DNA from: Felis catus
Taxonomy: Eukaryota
Reading direction: 5' to 3'
Assembly (NCBI RefSeq): GCF_018350175.1
Contig: NC_058368.1
Coordinates: 128,466,001-128,530,000 of the forward strand
Length of the DNA: 64,000 nt
Numbering within the stretch: the first letter of the stretch is position 1; every line of letters starts with the position of its first letter. The position numbers and the translations under genes were made by a program. The notes beneath the pieces were generated by a model. That model searched no databases, had not been told where the DNA came from, and worked only from the letters and a program-made list of their open reading frames with translations. Positions 35,946 through 48,699 of the stretch are shown piece after piece.

Positions 35946-38055
35946 AAGAGTTTTTATCATAAATGGATGTTGAATTTTGTCAAATGCTTTTTGTCTATGG
36001 AAATGATCATATAATTTTTACTTTTCATTTTGTTAATATGGTGTATTGCATTGATTGACTTGTGGATGTTGAACCATCTTTTCATCCTTGTAATAAATTC
36101 CACTTGATCATAGTGTATGATTATTTTAATGTATTGTTGAATTTAGTTTGCTAATATTTTACTGACAATTTTTGCATCTAGGTTTATAAGGGATATTAAC
36201 CTATAATATCCATGTCTGGCTTGGGTATCAGGGTAATGCTGGCCTTGTGAAATAAGGTTGGAAGCTTTCCCTCCTTTTCAATTTTCTGGAAGAGTTAGAG
36301 AAGGATAGGTACTAAGTCTTCTTTGAATGTTTGGTAGAATTCACCAGTGAAGGTGTCTGGTCCTGGACTTTTGTCTATTTCAAGGTTTCTGGTTATTGAT
36401 TCAATATCCTTACTAGCAATTAGTCTATTAAGATTTTCTATTTCTCCCTGCCTGATTCAGTCTTGGAAGCTTGTAAATGTCTAGGAACTTATCTCTTCTA
36501 GGCTGTCCGATTTGCTGGTATATATCATTCATAATAGTCTCTTATGGTCCTTTGTATTTCTATGGTATGAGTTGTGACTTCTTTTTCATTTCTGACTAAT
36601 TTGCACAATCTCTTCTTGGTGAATCTAGTTAAAACTTTGTCAATTTTGTTTATCTTTTCAAAGAACCAACTCTTAGTTCCATTGACCTTTTTTGCCTTTT
36701 TAGTCTCTATTTCATTTATTTCCACTCTGATCTTTATTATTTTCTTCCTTCTACTAACTCTGGAGTTCATCTGTTCTTTTTCTATTTCCTTTCAGTATAA
36801 AGTTAAATTGTTTGAGATTTTCTTGTTTCCTGAGGTAGGCCTGTATCACTATAGACTTCCCTCATAGAAGTGCTTTGGCTGTGTCCCATAGATTTTGGTA
36901 GATTGTGTTTTTGTTTTCATTCTAGGTGTTTTTTTTTTTAATTTCTTTGATTTCTTCTATCACTTAGTAATTGTTGAGTAACATGTTGTTTAATCTCTGT
37001 GTATTTGTAGTTTTCCTGTTTTCTTCTAATAACTGACTTCAAGTTTCATACCATTGTGGTCAGAAAAGATGCTTGATATGATTTCAATCTTCTAGAATTT
37101 ACTGAGACTTATTTTGTGGCCTACCATATGATATGTCCTGGAAATATTCCATATATACATGAGAAGAATATAAATTCTGCTGCTTTTGGATGGAATGCTC
37201 CGCATATATCTATTAAGTCCACCTGGTCTAATGTGTCATTTAAAGCTGATATTTCCTTAATAATTTTCTGTCTAATCTATCCATTGATGAAGTGGGATGT
37301 TAAAATCCCCTACTATTATTGTATTGCTGTCATTTTCTCCCTTTTGGTCCATTAATATTTGCTGTATATATTTTGGTGCTCATATGTTGGGTGCATATAT
37401 ATCAACCAATATTCACCATTTTAGGTGCCAGTGATATAGTAGAAAACAAAATAAATCCTGCCTTTGTATGAAATTATAGAAAAGCTCCTCGTGTGTTTCA
37501 AAAATGTTTGTTAGTCTTTTTTGTTAATGCATAGAATTAAGGAAGTTAACAAAATAAATACCAAGACAGGAAAGGTAGATTCCAATGGTGGTATTGATTG
37601 TGAAGGCACCAAAAGTCAGGATAAAGAATTCTTGAGTAGTTAGTTCTGTTGAGCGGTTTCTCAACCAGGGAATGTCCTAACCAAAGTGGTGCTTGGAAAG
37701 ATTAACTGGGTGGTAGAGTCCAGGGCTGGGTAACTGAGGGTGTGGTTTGGAAGTAGGAAGAACAATTAGGCAACTAGTGTATCCTATTGGGAAGGATCCA
37801 GCATAAACATCATTTCCTCTGATGTAATCCCTGATTTAATCAGTCAGGGTTAGGTCTCACGGAGGTGTTCTCATAATAATCTGTCTCATCTTTGACAGTA
37901 CTTATTGCATAGTATTGCAGATGCCTGTTATTAATTCTTATCTTTCCATTAATCATAAAGGAAGAAACTGAGCTTCATTATCTTTGTATTCCCAGTGCCT
38001 AGACTAATGTCTGGCATGTAGCAGACAAAATTTGTGGTTTGAGAAAATACTCAAG

Positions 38056-39010
38056 TGTTATGCATTGAATTGTATCCCCTCAAAATTCATATGCTGAAGT
38101 GCAAACACCTAGTACATCAGAATATGATCTTATGTGGAGGAAGAATCTTTACAGAAGGTAAATTAAATGTATCTAGAAAATATTCACACAAAAACCTATA
38201 TACAAATATCTATAGTGACTTTATTCATAATCACCCCAAACTGTAAACAACCCAAGTTCCTCAATTAATAAATGGATAAACAAACTGTGGTATATCCTTT
38301 CAATGAAATGCTACTCAGCAAAAAAAGCAAAGGGACTAGTGATATTTACAACATAGACGAATCTCAAATATGTTTACGCTAAGTGAAGTATGCCAGACTC
38401 AAAAAACTATACACTATATGATTCCATTTACAACATTCTGAATAAAGCAAAGCTATAAATACAGACCATATCAGTGGTTACCAGGGTATGGAGTTTGAAA
38501 GAAGGGTTGATTACAAAGCACCATACAAAGAAATGTTTTAGGGTGATGGAAATACCTGTATCTTAACTCTGATGGTGGTTACATGATTCTATGAGTCAAA
38601 ACTCGTAGAACTATCAAGCAAAACACAGTGAATTTACTGAATATAAAAAGAGTTAATTTACTGAATATAAATTTAAAAGATTTTAAAATCCCTCCAAAAG
38701 TAAACTGCATATAAGAGAGAAGAAACTTAGGCTGCATCAGACTTTTCTAAAGCAAAATTCAATGGTAAGTGAATTAACACAACATTTTTAAAGAAACAAA
38801 GTATAACCCAGGAATATTATACCTAACTAAGATCTTGCTCAAGTACAAAGGCAGCAGAAATAACCTCCTCAAGAATGGAAGAACTCAGGGTATATAACAC
38901 CCATCAGCTTTCTTGAAAAAACTTTATGATGACAAAATCAAGTCAATATAGAGATGAATCAAAAAATACAGGAATAGAGAAGCCCTTTAAAAAAGACTTG
39001 TTGGTGAAGC
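38056..39010 (+). mobile_element. Cluster: MaLR LTR 5' fragment (about 38056-38160), L1M 3' end (about 38170-38690), old L1 fragment (about 38700-39010)
   Basis: tgttatgcattgaattgtatcccctcaaaattcatatg; aaatggataaacaaactgtggtatatcc; ttaggctgcatcagacttttc. Confidence 0.65.
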
Positions 39011-39029
39011 CCTGACTTTGGCTTTCAGA

Positions 39030-39730
39030 ACATAGCATTCTTCTAACTGGCCTCATCTCTTTCCATCTGTAAGCTCTTAATTGTTTTATTCTGCTGGGTT
39101 TCTTCTTCATACTCCCGCACTGGGGGTTTCTCCCTCAATATGTACCAGTAATTTTTTTTGTCTTTGCATCTACTTGCTCCTACTATTATAGTAACAACTC
39201 CCAGATCTATACTCTGAACCCCAATCTTGTACCTATGCCAGACTCGACCATTCCAAACTGCCAATAAACACTGTAACTTGGACATTCCACTGCCACACAA
39301 AACCTAACTAATCTCAAAAGGAACTTAACTTGCCCAACTCCTTCCACCAACTGGCTTCTTTACCCAACACCGATGTTAGTGGCTTGACTTTTCTTCTGAT
39401 CCAAAACATTACAATCATCTTTGACTGTGCTTTTTTGCCTCTAACCTGTGAGCTGTTACAAATTCTCTGAGTTTTCTTAGATGAAAACTTTCTCCATCAT
39501 TCTCACTACTAACAACTAGAACCCTACTGCACACCTATATTACTGCAACTAAGCCTGGAAAACTCCTGCCTACACTCTTATTTCCTTTAAATAATCACCC
39601 TAACATATCATTTTTACCTTCTTCTCCCCCAGGATCCCCTATTATAAATTACTTTAGGCCCAAGTTCTTAGCTCCATTATCTGACTCCATTCTCCCCTTT
39701 CAACTTTACTTCCCACCACTCTCTTCTACT
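39030..39730. mobile_element. L2 fragments
   Basis: aactcccagatctatactctgaaccccaat...cacttggacattcc-like segments...atcatctttgact. Confidence 0.55.
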
Positions 39731-40359
39731 CTTTGATATTAAAAACCTCTTTTTTTTCCCATTTTTTTCTTTTATCTCCCACCTGTCCCTCCCCATCCCT
39801 CCCCACACCCAAAGTCACCAACTGTTTGGTTTTCTTCCTATCACACTTTTTCTACTTACATAAACTGGGGACTTGCAAACTTCAAGCGGTGCTTGTTCAC
39901 AGACCCAGTTGTAGCACATGAGGATTTATAAGAAGGGGAAGCAGCAGCTCAACTGGACAGGCAGATTGCAGCTGAATAATAAAGATCCCTAAGAGCGAGT
40001 GTGTCACATTTGTCTTAGAGCATTAGCTCCCAAATAAAAACACTGACTCAATCACGGTATCACAAGAAAGCACCAACAAGTAAAACAAAATACCATTTCT
40101 CTTGTAATCACTATGGATGAGATTTGTATGAACACTTCCTGCCATGGGAACTTTGCCACTGTGTGCCTCAGATGAAAGCAGTTCCTCTGCTTTCATAAAT
40201 TAGCCAAGAGGTTCAAAAGCAAGGCAGCAACAGGCTGCACTAAGCAAAGCAGACCTTCTCTCGGACAAAGGTCAGAAAGACTTTTCTCCCTTGCCCAAAT
40301 CAACCCGGCCCAACCTGGAGCAGAGATTGAGGGAGACACAGATTTTGCAATTAAAAATC

Positions 40360-40577
40360 TTTTTTTTTTTATTTTTATTTTAGACAGAGAGTGTACTTAG
40401 GGGAGAGGGGCAGAGGGGCAGAAGAGGGGGGTGAGAGTGAGTGAGCGAGTGAGTGAGTGAGTGAGAGAGAGAATCTTAAGCAGCCTGACGTGAAGCTCAA
40501 TCCCATGACCATGGGATGATGACCTGAGCTGAATCAAGAGTTGGACACTCAACCTACTGGGCCACCCAGGCACCCCC
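40360..40577 (-). mobile_element. Can-SINE with (GAGT)n tract
   Basis: Poly-T, gagtgagtgag, head ends gccacccaggcaccccc. Confidence 0.85.
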
Positions 40578-40699
40578 AAAAGCTATCTTGATTTAAGTTT
40601 TAAGGTGGGACTCCTGGAAAGAATACCATTTTAATAATGAGTTAATAGATGCAAGCAAATATGTGAAACAGGTGGTTAAAACTTAAGTAGGAATTCATG

Positions 40700-40921
40700 A
40701 GGCGGCACCTGGGTGGCTCAGTAGGTTAAGTGTCCAACTCTTGATTTTGCTTCAGGTCATGTTTCCATAGTTCATGGAATCAAAACCCACATTGGGTTCT
40801 GCACTGACAACACAGCATGGAGCCTGCTTGGGATTCTCTTTCCCCCCACCCCCTTCTCTCTCTCTGCCCCTCTCCTGCTCACTCGTGCTCTCTCAAAATA
40901 AAGAAATAAACTTAAAAAAAA
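40700..40921 (+). mobile_element. Can-SINE
   Basis: TSD aagtaggaattcatgag at 40685-40701 and 40922-40938. Confidence 0.9.
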
Positions 40922-41189
40922 AAGTAGGAATTCATGAGTAAGAAACAGAACCACAGATGACAATCAGCTTTCTCATCAAACCTCAGAAGTCTTGGATTAT
41001 TGCTCAAAAAGTGAAGAGGTATTAACAGATCTTGCGTGGAGGGAGGTTTCTTGAAGAAACAAAGGGAGCTGATCTAACTTAACACAGGCAGCACAACCAG
41101 GCAGATATGAAATCAGATGCTGCCTCTATTTCCTGAGGCAAGGGACAGCCAGTTCCTACCCAAGTTACCCAAGGGAATAACAAGAGTGC

Positions 41190-41830
41190 CCACCCATCCA
41201 GGGCTCTGTGTCAAGTATTACTCTAGGTGTTTCATTCATATGATCTAGTTAATCCTCATAGCAACACTATGAAAGACATATCATTATCTTCTATGTCACA
41301 GAGAAGTAAACTGAAGCCCAGAGAAGTTAAATAACTTGTTACTTAGCACACAATTATTATGCTGCAGGGCAGCTGTTCAAAATTCAACAGGACTCTAGTC
41401 TGTGTTCATCTACTAGAGCATGTAGCCTTCTAGTGTGGAGGGTGGTAAGAGAGGCAAGATGGCAAAAAAGACTTAGCCAATCAACCAACATTTGTTAACC
41501 CCAAAGTTGGCCCTATGCTGGAGATTCAAGAGTGGACCAGACAACCACTAAATTGTATACTTTGAATGCGTGGATTGTGTGGTACATGAATTATATCTCA
41601 TTGAAGCTATTTTTAAAATGTAGACTAGACAGAGTTCTTGCCCTCTTGGAGTTCATATACAAGTACACAGTTATATAACATATGCTTAACAAGAGCAATG
41701 AACCTAGAGTGCTTTTAGGAGAGGGCACTTACTCCAGTCTAGAGCTTGAATCATGGACAGAGATGAAGAAAGTCTTCCTGGAGGAAGTCATGTCTGAGCT
41801 GATCACTGAAAGGGTAAGTAGGAGCGAGGC
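41190..41830. mobile_element. MIR (about 41190-41410) followed by an L2 fragment carrying a short L1 tail (about 41544-41615)
   Basis: aaactgaagcccagagaagttaaataacttg; tgccctcttggagttcata; aattgtatactttgaatgcgtggattgtgtggtacatgaattatatctca flanked by gtggaccagaca and gtagactagaca. Confidence 0.6.
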
Positions 41831-42321
41831 TGATGTATCCTGCAGAAATGTAACTTGGGGATTTCTAATAAGAGAAAGTTAACACAATCTAATCAAGCTG
41901 AGACTTTTACACCTGAGATGGCTTGTAGTTCTCCTTACTGCTAATCTCCCCAGTCCACCATATGGAAAAGTGTCAAAAAGGATAAAGGTAGACTCAAGGA
42001 AAAAAAGTTTAAGTCCCCCACTGTGACAAATCTCCAAATTCAGTAACAAAATCTAGAAGTGTCAACCACCCACCCTCACAGATAGGTTAACACAGAGCTG
42101 AAAGTCTTTGCATGAAGAGGTCAGTCCACCGATAGATGAGGAAACAAAGACAGCCTGCCTATTGTTAACAATTAGATTCTACCCTTCATATAAAAGAAAC
42201 CATTTAAAATTTATGTGGTGAGTAAACTTTAGTAGACTGTGATAGTTCTGTTAAAATTACAGAAGGGGATATGAAACTGAATGCAAACTGAGGAAGAAGT
42301 CCCTTTAAAATCTCAAAAACA

Positions 42322-42546
42322 GGGGCGCCTGGGTGGCTCAGTCGGTTAAGCGTCCGACTTCAGCTCAGGTCATGATCTCACGGTCCGTGAGTTCGAGCCC
42401 CGCGTTGGGCTCTGTGCTGACTTCTCAGAGCCTGGAGCCTGTTTCATATTCTGTGTCTCCCTCTCTCTCTGCCCCTCCCCCGTTCATGCTCTGTCTCTCT
42501 CTGTCTCAAAAATAAATAAACGTTAAAAAAAATTTTTTTTTTAAAA
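42322..42546 (+). mobile_element. SINEC_Fc-type SINE
   Basis: TSD taaaatctcaaaaaca at 42306-42321 and 42547-42562. Confidence 0.94.
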
Positions 42547-43202
42547 TAAAATCTCAAAAACAAAGTTAGTCACCAGAATTTTCTAGCACTGCACAGAAAC
42601 GTGTTGTAAATGAAGGTTTTAAAAGACAGAATGATCGATCTCTAGAGAGGAGAACAGGATTAGTCAAGCTCTTTTTGCTTTCATTTTACCAATTTTCTCA
42701 CCTAGACCTGGATCTGCTAAGCAGAATTACCTACTTGCAATTTTGCTCAGTCTTTGCTTTGTCTACAGATATAACCAATTATAAATGAATGACTGGGGGG
42801 ATTCTAGTTTATGAATCAGTTTCCTGAGTGTGGCTGGCCTTCCATTAACTCATTTAGGCCCTAAGAATGTATTTCTCCCCTCCAAACACACCAAGTGACT
42901 TATGAATCTAGATCTCCAAGGTGGCCAGTTTGAGGGCTGTTCATGGAGACCCCAGACACAGCTTCAAAGAGAAGTGGGCAAAATTATCTGGAAGAATTTA
43001 CTTTGCCATAGCAATATTTCTTAACAGTAAGTGGAAAGTTCAGAGCCGGAAGCTTTACTTCTCCTAAAACTCCGATCTCGTGAAGAGCACCACAAAGACA
43101 ACACTGCAGCTAAAAGGAAATGAGAGGACCTGTGTGAAGCGATAGCCTTAGACCCAAAGCACATACAGAATTTTAAGCGGTGGCCTTTAAATATATGCTA
43201 CT

Positions 43203-43408
43203 GGGGCAGACAACTGGATGGCTCAGTTGGTTAAGTGCCCGACTTCATCTCCGTTGAATCAGGTCTTGATCTAACAGTTTGAGTTCAAGCTCTGCATAAG
43301 GCTCGCTGCTGACTGAGCACACCCCACTTCATATCCTCTGTCCCCTTCTCTCTCAGCCCCTCCCCCCACTCTCAAAAATAAATAAACATTAAAATATTTT
43401 TTAAAAAT
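43203..43408 (+). mobile_element. Diverged Can-SINE
   Basis: TSD aaatatatgc at about 43189-43198 and 43409-43418. Confidence 0.85.
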
Positions 43409-44129
43409 AAATATATGCCGGCAAGCTAATGTAATGAACTAAAATTAAGAGAACTTTTATATAATACAATAACCAGCCTATATGACTTCTCCTAAAAGAA
43501 CGTGATTTCTAATTGGATTAAAGCATTCTAACATGTTTCCCCTCTAAATAACCCACAGAAAATACTTGTCATTCTTTAAATGCTTTGTTCACTCCCCACT
43601 ATACGAGAACATAAAACTATGAAAAATACTAGCAAGATAAAGAACATGTATCTAGAATCATAGAGCTGGGAAAGAATTTAAGAATTATCTAAATCTACTC
43701 TTTAAATTCAGAAAACTATATAGGCAAATGAGTATTGTATTTTTCCATTAGCATTCTTCAGACTGAAGTCAGAAAAACCTTGGAAAAATCATGTTTTTGC
43801 CTAAACTTTGCACTGAAAAACAGGACCTAAAAATGCAGAAAGCCTTCAGGTTTGCTAAAGCAGAGATGGAATAGGAGAGTTATGTCCTAGCCCAGAAGTT
43901 ACAGTAGTTTTTATCTCAGATCAATGGAGTGAAGAGGTATCTCGAGCAGATCTGAGGCATGTCCTGGAATACTGTGTAATAATACCAATCGCAAGGTGAG
44001 AACCTGTCTGAGCTCTGCCAACCTTATCTAAGACCTGAGGTCTGGGGCGATTTTTAATCTTTCTGAATCTCTATTTCCTATTTACTAAATGAGGACAATA
44101 TAGTCCGTCTAAAAGGTTTTGTAAGTAAT

Positions 44130-44315
44130 GGGGTGCCTGGGTAGCTCAGTCGGTTGAGCGTCTGACTTTGGCTCAAGTCATGATCTCACAGTTCGTGGGT
44201 TCAAGCCCCGCGTTGGGCTCAGTGCTGACAGCTCGGAGCCTGGAGCCTGCTTTAGATTCTGTGTTTCTCTATCTCAGAAATAAATTTTTTAAAAAAATTT
44301 AAAAATAATAAAGAA
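44130..44315 (+). mobile_element. Can-SINE lacking most of the CT tract, inserted in a MIR
   Basis: TSD taaaaggttttgtaagta at 44110-44127 and 44316-44333. Confidence 0.9.
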
Positions 44316-44599
44316 TAAAAGGTTTTGTAAGTATTAATCAATGGCATGGTTAACCTTAGGCACTACATTGGGTAAAGGCTTTACCTTTACAGACTGGGAA
44401 CAGTAAACTAAGATGCAAACCTGAAGGTTATTTACCTGTACCCTAGTACAACCCACAACACCACAAACACAATTCCAGACACCATAATAGGATTTTGAAA
44501 GAGGGCTGGCCCCAGCTGTCTCAACACGTAGCTCTTAGGAAAATATACAGTGACATTTCAGCTTCTCTGCAAGTTGTGACACTTTAATGTTTCAAAACC

Positions 44600-45830
44600 T
44601 AACCAGTACACTTAGGAATTTAGCACATGATTGGTACATATGAATTTTAAATTACTGGACAAAATATAGATTATTCAATAAATAATGTTAGAGCAAACAG
44701 GTAACCAAGCGGAAAAGAAAGTGGAATTCATATCTAATCTTATAATCATATATAATCTTATACCAAAATAAATTTCAGAATCATTAACAATTTAAATATA
44801 AAAAATAAAACCATAAAAATACCTGCTGGTTGGGGGATCTGAATAAAGAGAATACACAGAATCTCTCTGTACTAACGTTATAGGTTCCTGTGCATCTATA
44901 ATTATTTCAAAATAAAAAGTTAAAAAAAATACTTGCAGAAACCTGAGCTAATTACTTTGTAATACTGAAATAAAGAAGGCCTTTACCATGATGACACAAA
45001 GCACAGAAGACAAAGATGTTAAGATTAATTAAACATGCTCACCTACAATTAACTGTTTATGCACGTCAAAAGCCTAAGCATACAAAATCAAAAGAAAAAT
45101 CAAAGAAAAAATATGTACACCTTATATCCTATTTCATATCCCAAAATACATGCATCTTATAAGCTGATTTCCTTAATATATGCACTGCCAATAAATTAAT
45201 AAAAAAGCCAACAATCCAATAGAGAAATGGATAAAAGATATGAACAGTTTATAGAAAATGAAATAGAAATAGCTTTAAAATACATACAAAAAAAGATGAC
45301 CAACCTTACTCAGTCATGGGACAAATGCACATTTAAGCTAGAGAAACAGAAATATCACTTTTTACTGATAAGATTGGTAAGGACCATAAAGTTCAACGAC
45401 ATATTTTTTAGCCAAGGTGTACAAAAACAGTAGTTACTTGCATACATTGATGGAGGGAATGGGAACTGGTACAATCTCTGTCATTACACAATAACTGCTG
45501 CAAAGCATAAGTTCTGTATGTATGCATCTGTGTGAAAAGCGCATGTATAAGATTTTTTACAAGAATCTTTTAATAGCAAAAGAAGTAGAAACTATCCAAA
45601 TGTCCACCAACATGAGACTTGTAACAAGCTGGTTTCATACCAGGGAATAATATACAGTTATAAAAAAAGAATTAAGTACCTTAACCTATCTGTCATGAAA
45701 TAGTTACCAGAATATATAATTAATGCCAAGTACAAGATAAACATTTCTTTATTATATGCATAGAATATTTCTGGAAAAATCGGTAAGAAACTGATAACAC
45801 TGGTTACTTATTTGAATAAAGTTAAAAATT
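44600..45830 (+). mobile_element. Ancient L1M fragment with a nested short L1 tail (44827-44924)
   Basis: gattattcaataaataatg, aacaatccaatagagaaatgg, aaatgtccaccaa; nested TSD aaaaatac(c/t)tgc at 44815-44826 and 44925-44936. Confidence 0.7.
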
Positions 45831-46349
45831 AAAATACTAATAATATATATTTATTGTTTCCTAAATTTAATGGCCACACATAGAAGGGAATACACTAAGC
45901 AGTAATGATCACAAGTATACACATTTGCTGAGTCCTTGGTACAAGCCTGAAGCTACATCATACTAAAAAGAGATTATTCACTAAATAGGGACAGTAACAT
46001 CATCAATACAAGCCAAAGTCATTGGTAGCTCACTTTCTTCCTCATGTCCCAAATTAGTATAGACCCTTGAAATAAAGCACATGCTCAAATGTTTACGAAT
46101 GAAAGAATGAATGAATAAATGAATGAATGAAAGGATGAATGGATGGGATAGATAAGATAGATAGATAAGTGGTTAGAATAAAAAAAATAGAAGCTGTAGG
46201 CTGTGATCTACCTCTGCTCCTATTTCCTTCTGTCATTAGGCAAGTCTTACTCTCCTCGTGCTTCCCTGTACAAATAAGAGGTGTCAGAATGCATCAGTAT
46301 TTAAGAACCATGATCAAGATCCCTACATGATTTGCTGGATAATTACTTA

Positions 46350-46971
46350 TGTGGTCAGCAAAACAATGCTCACCCCCAACCCCATAAAAACTTCATGGCT
46401 TAATCCTTGGAATGTGTGACTGTGTTACATTGCAAAGGGACTCTACAGATAGAATTAAGGTCACAGACCTTAAAGTAGGAAGATTATCCTGGATTATCCA
46501 GGTAGGCCCAATGTAATTACAGGAGCCCTTACAACTAGAGAACTGTCTCTGGCTGCAAGAAGAGAAAGTCAAGAGACATGGCAGAAGAGGAAGGTAAAGA
46601 GATTCGAAACATGAGAATTCAATGCACCATTGCTGGCTCTGAGATGTAGAGGCCCATGTTCGAGGACTGGAGAGATGCCCCTAAGGGCATCCTCTAGCTG
46701 ACAGCCAGCAAGGACATAGGGACTTCAGTCCTACAACCACAAAGAACTGCATTCTGCCAGCAACCTGAATGAGTCTGGAAATAGATTCATTCTAGAACCT
46801 TCTGATAAAAGTCCAGATGGCCAGCACCTTGTAAAACACAAAGTAGAGCAATCAACCTTGCCAACCGGGACATCTGACCAAAAGAATAAATAAACAACAT
46901 GAGTTTTAATTTGTGTTATTTTAATCCACTAAGTGTGTGATTTGTTATGGCAGCAATAGGATACTAATACA
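46350..46971 (+). mobile_element. Solo MaLR LTR (MLT1D/E-like), near complete
   Basis: TG...CA termini (tgtggtcagc...aatagGATactaataca); agattatcctggattatcc, gctgacagccagcaagga, ttctgccagcaacctgaatgag. Confidence 0.85.
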
Positions 46972-47994
46972 CTACCTTTCTTTTCAGTTTAAGAATGGTT
47001 TGTTGAGCCTCTTCTACATGTTAGGCCCTGTGCCACGTGTTTAGGATAGAAAAGTGGGTACAGGTTCTCAAAGAGCTCACAAATACAGAAACCCACTGAC
47101 CTACACAATGATAGAGGTTAGCACAACACACTACAGGAATACAGAGAGCAGGCCTCTAACTGGCCTCAGTTTACTTACCACTTCTGTAATCCCTTCACCA
47201 TCCAAAAAGCCCTTCCCCAATGAATTATACTATCAACCTCATAACAAGTCAGAAATTGCAAGCCATCCCAAACTCCACTGACCCCTCAAGATCTGTGATA
47301 TATACCACCCTAATAATATTTCCCATAAAAGTCCTGCCTCTTTTCCTCACCCCAACTACTTCCTTCAACCCCTGATTGCACCTTCCTGATACTTATCATA
47401 TCTTACCTGGATCACTTACCTCCCAACTAACTCTCCTGATTCAGTAGCCAACCATTTCCCACCATCCACATGAGCCAACCCTCTAAGGATTAAATTGATC
47501 ATACTGTGTGCCAGCTCAAAAATCCTTCGAGATGCGTTGCAAGTATCAGTCTAACTCCTTGGTTATCCTTAGCAACCTTTTTAAGCCCTGCTACAGCAAA
47601 AAGTCTCTCCTTGGCTTCCAATCCCAGGGCCTAGGAAGGATCTGCTATGAAGATCCTTCGAAAGTATTTGCTGAAGTAACCAAATTAACCCCTGACTCCA
47701 GTCTCATCTCTTACCTTATAGCAGCCTCTTTGCACTATGTGCCTACTACCCTAGACTTGCCAGAACCAGGCTGCTCCAGCTGCCCTCTCTCTATGCCCCA
47801 ATTTTTCCTCATGGCTAAAAAGCCATGTTCATCTAGCTGGTAAGCAGATCTCATTTTTTAAGATTTTGCCCTCCTCTAATAGGATCTCTCCTCCCTTATA
47901 GCTCAACCATTCAAGGAAAGTGTCTAGTCTGCTCTGTACCCCTGTTGTAAGCTGTCCCCTCTTCCACCATGACATCTACAGCAACCCTCAAGAG

Positions 47995-48317
47995 CAATGC
48001 TACTCAAAGGTAGCCTGTGGACTGGTGCTAATGAACAAATGGTGTATTACCTGTCTGAATCAAGCTAAGTTCAGAAATCAAGTATAAGCATTTAAAATTT
48101 TTTATGGCAATTGGACACTGCTGTGACATGCAAGTATGTGACACTGGTTAAACAAGATGTAGACCAGTTTGGGTGTTGTTGAGTTTGTGCAGTGAGTCAC
48201 ATGTGGTACAGATTGCATTTTAATCACATGCAACAAGACCACTTATTGGTTCATGAGAGAGTGAAAAAAACAAAAAACCCAATTGGTCCACCACCACAGA
48301 CAGTATGAAAAGCACTG
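47995..48317. mobile_element. hAT-Charlie-type MITE
   Basis: TIR-like ends caatgctactcaaa...tatgaaaagcactg. Confidence 0.6.
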
Positions 48318-48699
48318 CTCTAATGCACTCAGGCATGTTCTCATCTCTCACCTTCTGATATGCTATTGGCTGCCTAAAAATGCAGATGTCTGATAAACAT
48401 CAGTGAATAAATAAAGACATGAATGATAAGAAGACCTCCTGAAAGACATGATACCTAAGTTGCTTTTAGTATGGGGAGGAATTGAGCACTTTGAGGTACC
48501 AGAATGGGAAAATGCACTGAGAAAGAAGTGCTGATGAGGAATAGTGAGAAAAGATGTTGCATAGGCAAAAGAAAACTTTCAAAGGTGAAAGATTATGCAG
48601 AAGCATAATTATGTAAGGGAACTCAACCAGGCAGTTCTGCCAATGTCTTACCACCCTGGTCCCCTAAAGCTTATCCCAAAAGCAACCCCTTACTGCAGT

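Larger units (their letters stand above)
33445..37402 (-). mobile_element. About 3.7-kb decayed L1 (ORF2 from the endonuclease region through the 3'UTR), same orientation as ELOVL7
   Basis: Minus strand at about 37400 reads IYAPNI*APKYIQQIL (endonuclease). ORF 36525..36770 gives IIKIRVEINEIE..KSWFFEKINKID. L1MA/carnivore-type 3' end at 33445. Many stops and frameshifts. Confidence 0.92.
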
